The notes under the pieces are model-generated. The model did no database searches. It had not been told where the DNA came from and worked only from the letters and a program-made list of their open reading frames with translations. The position numbers were made by a program, and so were the translations under genes. A stretch of DNA of 64,000 nt from an uncultured Clostridia bacterium. Lineage in GTDB: Bacteria > Bacillota > Clostridia > Oscillospirales > Acutalibacteraceae. The stretch's first letter is position 1. The number at the start of each line of letters is the position of its first letter. Below are positions 52,348 through 61,309 of this stretch, in pieces. The DNA is taken from NCBI GenBank assembly GCA_963930995.1, contig OZ006971.1:481319-545318 (forward strand), written 5' to 3'.

Positions 52348-53901
52348 TTAAGCGCCCTCCTTTTTTGCAAGCGACTGCAGCGCGTCTTCAAAGTGCGAGA
52401 GCAGAAGATCGACCATCGCGGGGGTCGTGATCAGCGGCAGCTTCGTCAGGGCGACGGGCGGGCAGTTCGGCTTATACGCCTGCGCGCTGATGTCGATGCA
52501 GGCGTCGTTTAAAAACCGGCAGAACGCGACGGCATCCTCCACTGTGAAAAAGCGCAGCGCGGTCATGTGCGCCTGCCCTTCCACGCCGGCGCAGACATCC
52601 GGGTAACGCGCGGCGAGCGCCTTGGTCTGCTCCTCGTAATAGCGGCCCGCCTCGGTGATCAATGCGCCGTTTTCCTGCAGGAATTCGATCGTAATCAGAT
52701 ACACAAGGCTTGCGAGCTCTTCCTGGCCGTTTGTGACGAGCGCGCCGAATTGGTCGAGCGTGTCGAACGCCTTGCTGAAGAGGATGCGGCTTGCCGGATA
52801 CTGCCCGCCGCCGAAGCCTTTGCCGATCGAGACAAAGTCGGGCTTTAACCCGTACTGGCGGAACAGGAACAGACCCTCGCACCAGGCGCAGGATTGGATT
52901 TCGTCGCATAAAACAGGTGTATCGGTTTCGCGGCACGCGGCGTAGGCGCTTTGCAGGAATTCCTCCGACAGTCGGATGCCGCCGTAATTCATCAGGATGA
53001 TCTCATGGCAGAAACCGGCCGTCTTATACGGCGGCGTATTGTAGCGCTGAAGGATTTCCCGGAATGCTTCGGGGTCGTTGATCGGCACGGGTACAACTTT
53101 ATAGAGTTCGGCGTCTTCCGCTTTCTTCTCAAACGCCGGCCACAGGCCGCGCATGGTCTGCGCGAAAATCGTCGTGCCGTGGTAGCCTGCCGTAACGCCG
53201 CCGGCGCGGTCGGCCATCACGAGGAAGACGGGGATGCGGCCGGCGTAGGGGGCGGGGGTGCCGTTTAAGGAATAAAAGCGCGAGAGCATCATTTTGAGCG
53301 CCGCCTCGACGGCCAGCGAACCTGTTTCCAGGTTAATGACACCGTTTAAAACGCCGGGCTCCTTTTTCTCAAGGATTGCATTTAACGTTTCCTCGTCATC
53401 CGGCGCAAGGCCGTTGGCGGCGGCAACCAAGCGGCGCTCGAGCAGGCGCGTGATATAGCCGCGGGTGTTGTTGTGCGTTGCGTTCGGGATGCCGAGCTTT
53501 TTCGCGAATTCGACGAGCCGGTAGCCCGGGAAGCTGTGCCCGAGCGGGATGTGGTAGTGTTCGCTCTTGCCGGCAAAGTACAGTTTCCCGTTTTCGCCGA
53601 TGCGGAAAGCGCCCAGGCCCCCCAGCGGGGAAGCGGGCGTGCGCTGTGCGGCGCGGTAGGAAGCGCTCGGTGCGCCGACGCCTTCACAGGAAAACGGCGG
53701 CACGGCCTGCTTTCCGATTTGTGCCATCAGCGCCTCCTGGCGTTCGGCGAAGGCGGGCGGGTAGAAGTCCACTTTTTCATTTGCGAGGGCCTCACAGGCG
53801 TCGAGCGATGCCCCGGTCAGGAAAGCATGGGCGCGGCAGACGGCTTTTAAATAGGCGCTCCCCAAAAGGTCCGAGAGCGAGCGCGATACGTTTTGCATCA
53901 T
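52348..53901 (-). CDS. Class III PLP aminotransferase with N-terminal extension
   Basis: TGSLAVEAALK, GYHGTT, DEIQS and PDFVSIGKGFGGG (PLP Lys retained). Confidence 0.88.
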   Translation of the reverse strand: MMQNVSRSLSDLLGSAYLKAVCRAHAFLTGASLDACEALANEKVDFYPPAFAERQEALMAQIGKQAVPPFSCEGVGAPSASYRAAQRTPASPLGGLGAFRIGENGKLYFAGKSEHYHIPLGHSFPGYRLVEFAKKLGIPNATHNNTRGYITRLLERRLVAAANGLAPDDEETLNAILEKKEPGVLNGVINLETGSLAVEAALKMMLSRFYSLNGTPAPYAGRIPVFLVMADRAGGVTAGYHGTTIFAQTMRGLWPAFEKKAEDAELYKVVPVPINDPEAFREILQRYNTPPYKTAGFCHEIILMNYGGIRLSEEFLQSAYAACRETDTPVLCDEIQSCAWCEGLFLFRQYGLKPDFVSIGKGFGGGQYPASRILFSKAFDTLDQFGALVTNGQEELASLVYLITIEFLQENGALITEAGRYYEEQTKALAARYPDVCAGVEGQAHMTALRFFTVEDAVAFCRFLNDACIDISAQAYKPNCPPVALTKLPLITTPAMVDLLLSHFEDALQSLAKKEGA

Positions 53902-53967
53902 GGAAATACCTCTTTCTTTTCAGTCGTATGGTCGGAAAATCGCTGCGGGATAAGATGGGAGAAGGGT

Positions 53968-55365
53968 TTATAAAGCACAGAATTCGATGCCCAACAGGCT
54001 GCACAGAAGCCGGATGCGCGCTTCAAAGTCGCCCAAGACGATGACTTCGTGGTGCGTGCCGCCGAGGGAGAGCCATTTCGTTACGCACGCTTCCACGCCG
54101 CTTACGGGCCTGAAAAACAGGTACGGCATGTCGCAGCTTGCAAGGCTGCAGTCGTCCAAGACTTCTCCTTTTGCAAATAAAAGCCGGAACCGCTCGCCGC
54201 CCAAATAGGCCAGGGACATCACGGCCGCTTTTCCGGGTTCCGGGCAGAAGATGGGCGTGGGCGGGTTCGAAAGGCCGCCCTCCAAAAAGACGCGGTCCAT
54301 TAAGAACGGCTTGCGGTCGTGCCGGCAGGTTTTCCAGTTCCCCTCGCCCGCGTGGCACAAAAGGATTGCTTTGCGCGCGAAATCCATCATGTACATTTCA
54401 CTGAAGTTTGCTTCGCCGCATAGGGAAATCATGCATGCCATCCACATGGCGGCGGTCGCGTCGCCTTCGGCGGCGTAGCCGAACCCTTCGGCCATCAGGT
54501 TCGACGCGGCTAAAAACGGCAGCTGCGTAAAGCGGCCGTCCGCGCCGAATTCATCAAAATGCGCCGTATAGCCCGCAAAGCCGCCGTCTATGAGGTATTG
54601 GCGGATGCCGAGGTACATGCGCACGGCCTCTTTGTGGCGTGCGGCCGGCATGGCGGGGTCGATCTCAAACAGGGTGCGCTCCGCTTCCATGCGCGCCTGG
54701 ATCGCTTCCGGAGTGACTTCGTCGCAGTAGCGCTGCAGCGTGCCGATGGAATCATAGAAAAATTCCGGCCCGAGCTTGCGGAAAACCGCCATGTCATCGG
54801 TCACAACGTCGCCCATGCCGGGGAGTTTGCCGATAATGCTGATTTTCATGCGGCGCATGGCCTGCTGTGTCCGTGCGGCCGCGGCAAAATCGGCGACAAA
54901 TTTCGGGAAGGCTTCCCCCAGCCGGTTGCCGGCGAAGAATTGGCAGGGGATGCCGGCGCGCAAAAGGGCATTGGCGTTATCCTGGGAACCGTGGATTCCC
55001 TGATTGACCGTCAGATCCCATTCCCCAAAGGCCGGCGTCGCGGTCTGCTGTGGCTGGATTAAAGCCAAGGCCAGAGGCAGATGATTTTCCTGCATGGCAT
55101 GGACAAGATACTGCCCCTGCGAATAGCTCAAAAGCAGAATCAGGATGCCGTCGAACGGACCGGCGTTATATTGCGAAACGAGCGCCTCGATTTCCGCGCG
55201 GTTTTTTGCTGCGTGCGGGAACGTAAAATCGGCCGCATCGCGCAGGTCCTCCAAAACACTGTGCACATATGTCTCCTGGCTCTCGGTGATCCCCGGGAAC
55301 AGGGGCTCGTATCCTTCGAGCATCAGGGCGAGGGCGCCTAAGCGGGGCTTGGAAGATGGTTGCAT
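53968..55365 (-). CDS. L-arabinose/L-fucose isomerase-family protein
   Basis: NQGIHG, GFGYAAEGD, FSEMY, CHAGEGN and GGTHH (AraA-like motifs). Confidence 0.85.
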   Translation of the reverse strand: MQPSSKPRLGALALMLEGYEPLFPGITESQETYVHSVLEDLRDAADFTFPHAAKNRAEIEALVSQYNAGPFDGILILLLSYSQGQYLVHAMQENHLPLALALIQPQQTATPAFGEWDLTVNQGIHGSQDNANALLRAGIPCQFFAGNRLGEAFPKFVADFAAAARTQQAMRRMKISIIGKLPGMGDVVTDDMAVFRKLGPEFFYDSIGTLQRYCDEVTPEAIQARMEAERTLFEIDPAMPAARHKEAVRMYLGIRQYLIDGGFAGYTAHFDEFGADGRFTQLPFLAASNLMAEGFGYAAEGDATAAMWMACMISLCGEANFSEMYMMDFARKAILLCHAGEGNWKTCRHDRKPFLMDRVFLEGGLSNPPTPIFCPEPGKAAVMSLAYLGGERFRLLFAKGEVLDDCSLASCDMPYLFFRPVSGVEACVTKWLSLGGTHHEVIVLGDFEARIRLLCSLLGIEFCAL

Positions 55366-55418
55366 AAGAAAACTCCTTTCACTTTTACTTTTATAAAGGG
55401 ATCCTCCTTGTGGATGGA

Positions 55419-56909
55419 TCAAACGTATAAGGGCTTTACGGCCTGATATAGCGCATGAAAGCGTGCGAGCGGTTTTTGATAGCGCAGAACCGCCTCTGCA
55501 TCCGGGGAAAAACAGGCGGCGGGCTCTTTTTTGGGCATTTCGGGAGCGGAAAGCCACCCGTTTCCCCATGCGGCCAGCAGGGCGGCCCCCTGCGCGGAGG
55601 CCTCCCTGCAGGCAGGGACAAAGAGCGTGCGGTTGCAGACGTCCGCCTTGATTTGCTGCCACACCCGGCTTTTTGCGCCGCCGCCCAGCGAATAGAGCGC
55701 TTTGCAGGGGCAGGAAAGCGCCTCTAAAAGCGTCAGGAAATCGGAGAGCAGGAACGCGACCGATTCCATCACGGCGCGGGCAAACGCCGCGCGGCCGGTG
55801 GAAAGGGTGGCGCCGAAGAAGGCGGCTTTTGCCTGCGGGCAGAAATCCGGGTCCACACTGCCGGAAAGATAGGGCAAAAACGTGACGCCGCCGCTGCCGG
55901 GCTCGACCGACTCCGCCAGGGCGTCGAGGCGCCTGTAGGCCTCCTGTTCGGGAAGATCCCGGCAGAATTCGTCGCGGAACCATTTTAAGGCCATGCCGGC
56001 CGTGTTTCCGATCGGCAGGTACAAAAAACGCCCGCGCACGGCGTGCCGGTAAATGGTCACATGGTGCGCTTTTGCAAAGACGGGGGCGTCCGTGCAGGCG
56101 GCCGCAACCAGGGCGGTCCCCGTCGTCTCCGTGATGGTGCCCGGTGTAAGCCCGCCGGCGGAGAGTGCGGCGGCCGTTTGGTCCATTGCGCCCGTAAACA
56201 CGGGGATGTCCGCAGGCAGCCCCAAAAACCGCGCGGCATGGGGGAGAAGCACGCCCGCTTTTTCGCCGCTTTCAAGGCAGTCGGGCAGCATCGAGCGCGG
56301 GATGCCGGCCCACTGTAAGGCGTCTTCCCAAAAATCGTCCGTTTGCAGGGAAAAGTAACCCGTCGACGTCTGCAAGGAGCGTTCGCTTAGGAAGTTCCCG
56401 GTCAAAAAGAAGAGCAGGTAATCCTCTAAAAGCAGGAATTTATACGTTTTCGAAAAGACGTCGGGCAGCGTTTGGCGAATCCATAAGAGCTTTGCGAGCG
56501 GCAGCGCGCCGCTTGGCGCCGGCAGGCCCGTCGTTTCGTAAAACGTCTGTTCCGGGAAAGCGGCGCCCAAGGCCGCGGCTTCCTTTTCCGCGCGGGCGTC
56601 GAGCCAGACGAGAAACGGATGCAGCGGCTCGCCCGCGCGGTCGACGGGGACGAGCGTTTCCCCCTGCGTGCTCAGACCGATGGCCGCCACGGCAAAGCCT
56701 TCCGCCTGCGCCAGGGCGGCGGTTACCCCGCGGCGCATCGCAGAGAGGTAGGTGCCGGCGTCTACTTCTGCGCAAGGGCCGGCGGTTTGCAGCGGGTACT
56801 CCTGCACGCTGCATGCGAGCAGCGATAAATCCGGCGAAAACAGGCACACTTTGATGGATGTTGTTCCCACGTCAAACACGGCGATGCACGGCTTTTTCAT
56901 GGGCATCAC
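55419..56909 (-). CDS. FGGY-family carbohydrate kinase (xylulokinase-like)
   Basis: DVGTTSIK, STQGE, WLDARA, MDQ, TGTA, FLPYLSG and GGGAKS. Confidence 0.92.
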   Translation of the reverse strand: MMPMKKPCIAVFDVGTTSIKVCLFSPDLSLLACSVQEYPLQTAGPCAEVDAGTYLSAMRRGVTAALAQAEGFAVAAIGLSTQGETLVPVDRAGEPLHPFLVWLDARAEKEAAALGAAFPEQTFYETTGLPAPSGALPLAKLLWIRQTLPDVFSKTYKFLLLEDYLLFFLTGNFLSERSLQTSTGYFSLQTDDFWEDALQWAGIPRSMLPDCLESGEKAGVLLPHAARFLGLPADIPVFTGAMDQTAAALSAGGLTPGTITETTGTALVAAACTDAPVFAKAHHVTIYRHAVRGRFLYLPIGNTAGMALKWFRDEFCRDLPEQEAYRRLDALAESVEPGSGGVTFLPYLSGSVDPDFCPQAKAAFFGATLSTGRAAFARAVMESVAFLLSDFLTLLEALSCPCKALYSLGGGAKSRVWQQIKADVCNRTLFVPACREASAQGAALLAAWGNGWLSAPEMPKKEPAACFSPDAEAVLRYQKPLARFHALYQAVKPLYV

Positions 56910-57745
56910 GCCTTTCCGTCGCTGCCAAACACACGGATTAAGCGCATCGTTTCCGCTTTGACCGCCTCGATGGCAGAGGGCATCAGTTCAAATGCGCCCG
57001 ACGTGGCCGTAAACTGTGCGTGCGCGGCGCGTGCCGCCGCCAGGTTCAAGGAGGTAAAAATATTGATTTTTGAAATACCGCCCGCGATGCACGCACGGAA
57101 ATCCTCGTCGGACAGGCCGCTGCCGCCATGCAGCACGAGCGGCGTTTCGCACGCGGCCGAGACGCGGGACAGGACGTCCAAATTGAGCCGCGGCGCCTCC
57201 CGATAAACCCCGTGCGCCGTGCCGATCGCGATGGCCAGCGCGTCGCAGCCGCTCTGTTCGGCAAAGGTGAGCGCTTCTTCGGGCTGCGTGTAAATGCTTT
57301 TTGAAAGAGCGTCTTCCGCCGAGCCGTTTGAGCCGACGTGGCCGATCTCCCCTTCGACGCTGCAGCCGGCTGCGTGCGCGATTTTGACGAGCCGCGCGGT
57401 TTCCCGCACGTTTTCCGCAAACGGCCGCATGCTGCCGTCGTACATGACGGACGTAAAGCCGAGAGCGATCGCTTCCTCGACGAGTTCCGGCGTAAATCCA
57501 TGGTCGAAGTGCAGCGCAACGGGCACGCGCGCGCGGCGTGCGGGGCCCAATAGCAGATCGGCGTAATCGGCCAGGGAAACAGGGCCTAACAGGCTTTCGG
57601 CGGGGCCCAACAGGACGGGCGCCTGCAGCGCTTCGGCCGCCTCGAGGATGCCGGCCATCATTTCCAGCGTTACGCAGTTAAATAGGCCCACCGCATAGCC
57701 TTTTTTCCGCGTGTCGCGCAAAATTTCAGAAAGGGTTACGAGCAT
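56906..57745 (-). CDS. Class II ketose-(bis)phosphate aldolase
   Basis: HFDHG, SVMYDGS, VEGEIG, IGTAHG, LVLHGGSG and KINI. Confidence 0.93.
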   Translation of the reverse strand: MLVTLSEILRDTRKKGYAVGLFNCVTLEMMAGILEAAEALQAPVLLGPAESLLGPVSLADYADLLLGPARRARVPVALHFDHGFTPELVEEAIALGFTSVMYDGSMRPFAENVRETARLVKIAHAAGCSVEGEIGHVGSNGSAEDALSKSIYTQPEEALTFAEQSGCDALAIAIGTAHGVYREAPRLNLDVLSRVSAACETPLVLHGGSGLSDEDFRACIAGGISKINIFTSLNLAAARAAHAQFTATSGAFELMPSAIEAVKAETMRLIRVFGSDGKA

Positions 57746-57778
57746 TGCAAATCCTCCTTTTCTGCGGGGAATACTTCC

Positions 57779-58921
57779 TTAATAAAAGATGGGAACGGGG
57801 CGCCTTTCGGCAGCGGCCTTTCGGGCGGCAAGGCAGCAAGCGGCGCTTTTGAGGCCTGCCAAAAGGTCCGACTGGGCCGCCTGTCCGTCGAGCACACGCA
57901 AAAAGTCGAGCGCCAGCCCCTCGTCGCCGCCAAAATGCATGCCGGCCGGAAACGTGAATTGATGGGTGATGGTCTGCGGGGTTAAGTAGGGGTCCTCGCG
58001 GATTGTGGCACTGTAAAAGTCGAACTCCACGCTCCCCTTCGTGCCAATGAGGCGTGCGCCGCGCCGGCCGGCATTCTTTTTGACAATGAAATTCTGGCTG
58101 TAGCTCCACAGCGCGCCGGATTTTGTCGTGAAGATCGCACAGGCGCCGTCTTCATTGCCCGTGTCCTCGGCAAAGCAGCAGCAGTCACCCTGCACTTCTT
58201 CCTTTAAAAGGTGGGAAACAACGTAGCTGCTTTCCGTACAGGTGTGGTACTCCGGACAATCCGGGCAGTGCAGGCCCTTTGGGCGGTCGCCGCGAAAATG
58301 GAGCTTTTCGGTGGCGGCAAATGCGGAAACCGGCTCATCCCCGGTCAAAAAGCGGATGTAATCGATGTCGTGCGTCGCTTTCTGCAAAAAGAGCCCGCCG
58401 GTTTCCGTTGGGTCGCGGTACCAGCTGTGGTAGTACACGCTGCCGTAAGGGACGTTGTTGACCGCCTGTACCATTGTAATGCGCCCGAGCGCGCCGCTTT
58501 CCACAATGCGGCGCACCTCCTGCACGATCGGCGAGAGGCGCAGCGGGAAGCTGACGACGACACGGTCCGCCTGGGAGGCGCCCGCTTCCTTTAAGGATGC
58601 GTACTGCGCTTCGCTGATGCATACGGGCTTTTCCAAAAAGAGCGGCAGCCCCCGCTTTAGGACCGCACACGCAAGCGGCGTATGCAGCGAACAGCGCGTC
58701 GCCAGAATGACGCCGTCGAGCGCTTCCCCATCCAGCATGGCCTGTGCGTCCGGATAGTACCGCGTATGGGCAAAATAGGGGTCTTCGGCGACTTCCTTTT
58801 GAATCTCTTTTGCGCGCGGGTCTGCAATAGCGGCTACGGTGATGTCCGCCTCCAGCGCGGCAAATGCCCGCATCAGGACACTCGCGCGCAGGCCGTAGCC
58901 GATAAAACCAATCCGTTTCAT
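57779..58921 (-). CDS. Gfo/Idh/MocA oxidoreductase (2) with Cys-rich insert
   Basis: GFIGYGLR, LEKP, GGLFLQKATHDID, CPDCPEYHTC...CCCF and HFGGD. Confidence 0.9.
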   Translation of the reverse strand: MKRIGFIGYGLRASVLMRAFAALEADITVAAIADPRAKEIQKEVAEDPYFAHTRYYPDAQAMLDGEALDGVILATRCSLHTPLACAVLKRGLPLFLEKPVCISEAQYASLKEAGASQADRVVVSFPLRLSPIVQEVRRIVESGALGRITMVQAVNNVPYGSVYYHSWYRDPTETGGLFLQKATHDIDYIRFLTGDEPVSAFAATEKLHFRGDRPKGLHCPDCPEYHTCTESSYVVSHLLKEEVQGDCCCFAEDTGNEDGACAIFTTKSGALWSYSQNFIVKKNAGRRGARLIGTKGSVEFDFYSATIREDPYLTPQTITHQFTFPAGMHFGGDEGLALDFLRVLDGQAAQSDLLAGLKSAACCLAARKAAAERRPVPIFY

Positions 58922-59039
58922 TTGTTGGCGCCTCCTTAAAATCTTAGGACGTTTTCAATTGCCAAAAAAGTCCAATTAATTAGCTAATAGGTTTTCTCCG
59001 CAATCTTCGGAATTTTGCAAAAGCTGTGCGAAAATCAGA

Positions 59040-59055
59040 AAAGTAATATTACTTT
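59040..59055. promoter_or_regulatory. 16-bp perfect palindrome, candidate operator in the divergent intergenic region
   Basis: AAAGTAATATTACTTT. Confidence 0.5.
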
Positions 59056-59129
59056 ATTATTAGTAAACGAAAGTCGTGCAGCAATCCAAAAATCTTCGAA
59101 TAAAATTGCGAGATTCATCAAAAAACCGC

Positions 59130-59158
59130 TTGACATCCCGCAAAATTATTGATATAGT
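59130..59158 (+). promoter_or_regulatory. Sigma-A promoter for the ABC-DegT operon
   Basis: TTGACA-17-TATAGT with extended TG. Confidence 0.75.
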
Positions 59159-59284
59159 GTGATTGCGAAGAAAACTTCCACAGATATTATGCTACAGTTC
59201 CCAGCAGAAAGTCAAGAGGAAGTACGAAAAAATCTCGCTAAATCAAGTTAAAAGATTAGTAATATTTAGAAAGGAAGGGGTTTT

Positions 59285-60259
59285 ATGATCGGCCGGTCAA
59301 TCACCGCTGCACGCCCGCCGCGGCACGTCGGGAAGTGGGAGCGGTTCCTCATCTACATGCGCAAATATTGGTTTATTTATCTGTTGGTTCTGCCTGGGCT
59401 TATCTGTATGATCGTCTTTAATTACGGGACGATGTATGGTATCCAGCTGGCGTTTAAAGATTATTCGCCGCGGCTCGGCGTGTGGGGCAGCCCGTGGGTA
59501 GGCTTCACGCACTTTCAGGAAATGATACAGGACCCGAGCTTTATCCGCGCGTTTCAGAACACGGTCATTATCAACGTTTATAAGATCGCGTTCGGCTTTA
59601 CGTTTAATGTGTTTTTGGCGCTGTTCATCAATGAGATCAAGCGCAAGAAGGTCAAAAGCGTCGTACAGACCTGCGTATATCTTCCCTATTTTCTGTCGTG
59701 GGTCATTTTCGCGGGTCTGATTCAGGTATTTCTGGAGTATCCCAGCGCGTCGGATTTAGGCGGTGTCGTCAACCAGGTCATCCAATCACTCGGCGGGCAG
59801 CCGGTTGATTTCCTAAAAGAGCCGTCGATGTTCCGCGGGATCCTGACGATCAGCAACATTATTAAGACGGCGGGGTATTCTTCGATTGTCTATTTTGCGG
59901 CGATGGCGGGCATCAGCCCGACACTTTACGAGTCGGCCGCGATTGACGGCGCAAACCGCAAGGATATGATGTTCCACATTACGCTGCCGCGCATCTTGCC
60001 GAGCGTCGCGATCATGCTGATTTTGGAGCTTTCGGGTCTCTTCGCTTCGAACTTTGACCAGGTTTATAACCTTTACAGCAACTACGTGCTCTCGACCGGC
60101 GATGTGCTTTCAACGTATATCTACCGCATCAGCCTGGGCGGCGGCACCGAGTACGAACTCTCCACGGCGATGAACCTCGTGCTGAATTTGGGCGGCCTGA
60201 TTGTGGTCTTGATTGCAAACAAATTTGTCGAAAAGCTCGATGTGCAGGGCATTTTCTAA
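59285..60259 (+). CDS. Carbohydrate ABC transporter permease (LplB-like)
   Basis: GIQLAFKDY, SPWVG, YLPYFLSWV and LYESAAIDGA (EAA loop). Confidence 0.93.
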   Translation: MIGRSITAARPPRHVGKWERFLIYMRKYWFIYLLVLPGLICMIVFNYGTMYGIQLAFKDYSPRLGVWGSPWVGFTHFQEMIQDPSFIRAFQNTVIINVYKIAFGFTFNVFLALFINEIKRKKVKSVVQTCVYLPYFLSWVIFAGLIQVFLEYPSASDLGGVVNQVIQSLGGQPVDFLKEPSMFRGILTISNIIKTAGYSSIVYFAAMAGISPTLYESAAIDGANRKDMMFHITLPRILPSVAIMLILELSGLFASNFDQVYNLYSNYVLSTGDVLSTYIYRISLGGGTEYELSTAMNLVLNLGGLIVVLIANKFVEKLDVQGIF

Positions 60260-60275
60260 AGGAGGGATCTTTTCT

Positions 60276-61208
60276 ATGAAACGAAATCGTTCGAAAAAGC
60301 CCTCCATAGGGCGGCGGACAATGCTGGGGCGCCTGGGGTTTAACTTCTATGATGTTTTTATCTATGGCTTCTGCATCCTGTTTGCACTGGTGTGCGTATA
60401 CCCGATGTGGTATGTGTTCGTCGCGAGCGTGACGCCTTATGAAGAATATATCAAGGGCGGGCTGATGCTGTGGCCGCGCGGCGGGGTTGATTTCCAGTAC
60501 TACATTGCGATTTTCAGCACGAAAAGCTTTTTAAATAGCCTTTGGATTTCGGTCAGCAAGACCGTTCTGGCGACCGTCCTCTCCGTGCTGGTTACGTCGA
60601 CGATGGCGTACGCCGTCAGCAAAACGCATGTGCGCGGCATGAAGGTCATTAACGCGTTGGTGGTGTTTAACCTGTTCTTTACCGGCGGCCTGATCCCGCA
60701 GTACATGCTGTATCAGGATTTGGGGCTTCTGCGCTCCTACTGGGTGATGGTGATCCCCGGCGCGCTGAACATCACGTATTTTGTCATCATGCGCAACTAC
60801 TTCACGTATTCGGTCCCGAAGGAACTCGAAGAGGCGGCGCGCTTGGACGGCTGCACGGATGTGGGGCTTTTCTTCCGCATCGTCATGCCCGTGTCGAAGG
60901 CGATGGTTGCGGCGGTCACACTGTTTATCGCTGTCATCAACTGGAACGATTACTATAACTACATGATGTTTATCGGGAACAAGACGGAGCTGCAGCCGTT
61001 TGCGTGGATTCTGCGCCGGATGCTTGTGGATCAGTCGATGATGAATACGGTCCGCAACGGTGCGGCGAGCCTCGGGCTGCAGACGCCGCCGCCGATGGCG
61101 CTGCGCATGGCGACGATTATCTGCGCAATGGTGCCGATTCTGTGTGTCTATCCGTTCTTGCAAAAATATTTTACAAGCGGCATCACACTCGGTGCGGTCA
61201 AGGAATGA
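60276..61208 (+). CDS. Carbohydrate ABC transporter permease (LplC-like)
   Basis: FTGGLIPQY, ELEEAARLDG, WND and YPFLQKYF..G...GAVKE. Confidence 0.93.
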   Translation: MKRNRSKKPSIGRRTMLGRLGFNFYDVFIYGFCILFALVCVYPMWYVFVASVTPYEEYIKGGLMLWPRGGVDFQYYIAIFSTKSFLNSLWISVSKTVLATVLSVLVTSTMAYAVSKTHVRGMKVINALVVFNLFFTGGLIPQYMLYQDLGLLRSYWVMVIPGALNITYFVIMRNYFTYSVPKELEEAARLDGCTDVGLFFRIVMPVSKAMVAAVTLFIAVINWNDYYNYMMFIGNKTELQPFAWILRRMLVDQSMMNTVRNGAASLGLQTPPPMALRMATIICAMVPILCVYPFLQKYFTSGITLGAVKE

Positions 61209-61309
61209 GCAAAGCACATTCATTTTTTAGGGAGACAATTTTTGGCAAACCCCCGGAAACGGGATTTAAAAAAACAGGATTTTTGAGATGAAACAAAGGA
61301 GGATTTCCG

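Noticed and set aside
55366-55983. N-terminal extension of the isomerase in the ORF track (671 aa)
   Set aside because: It overlaps the FGGY kinase in another frame; an AAGGAG RBS supports the start at 55365
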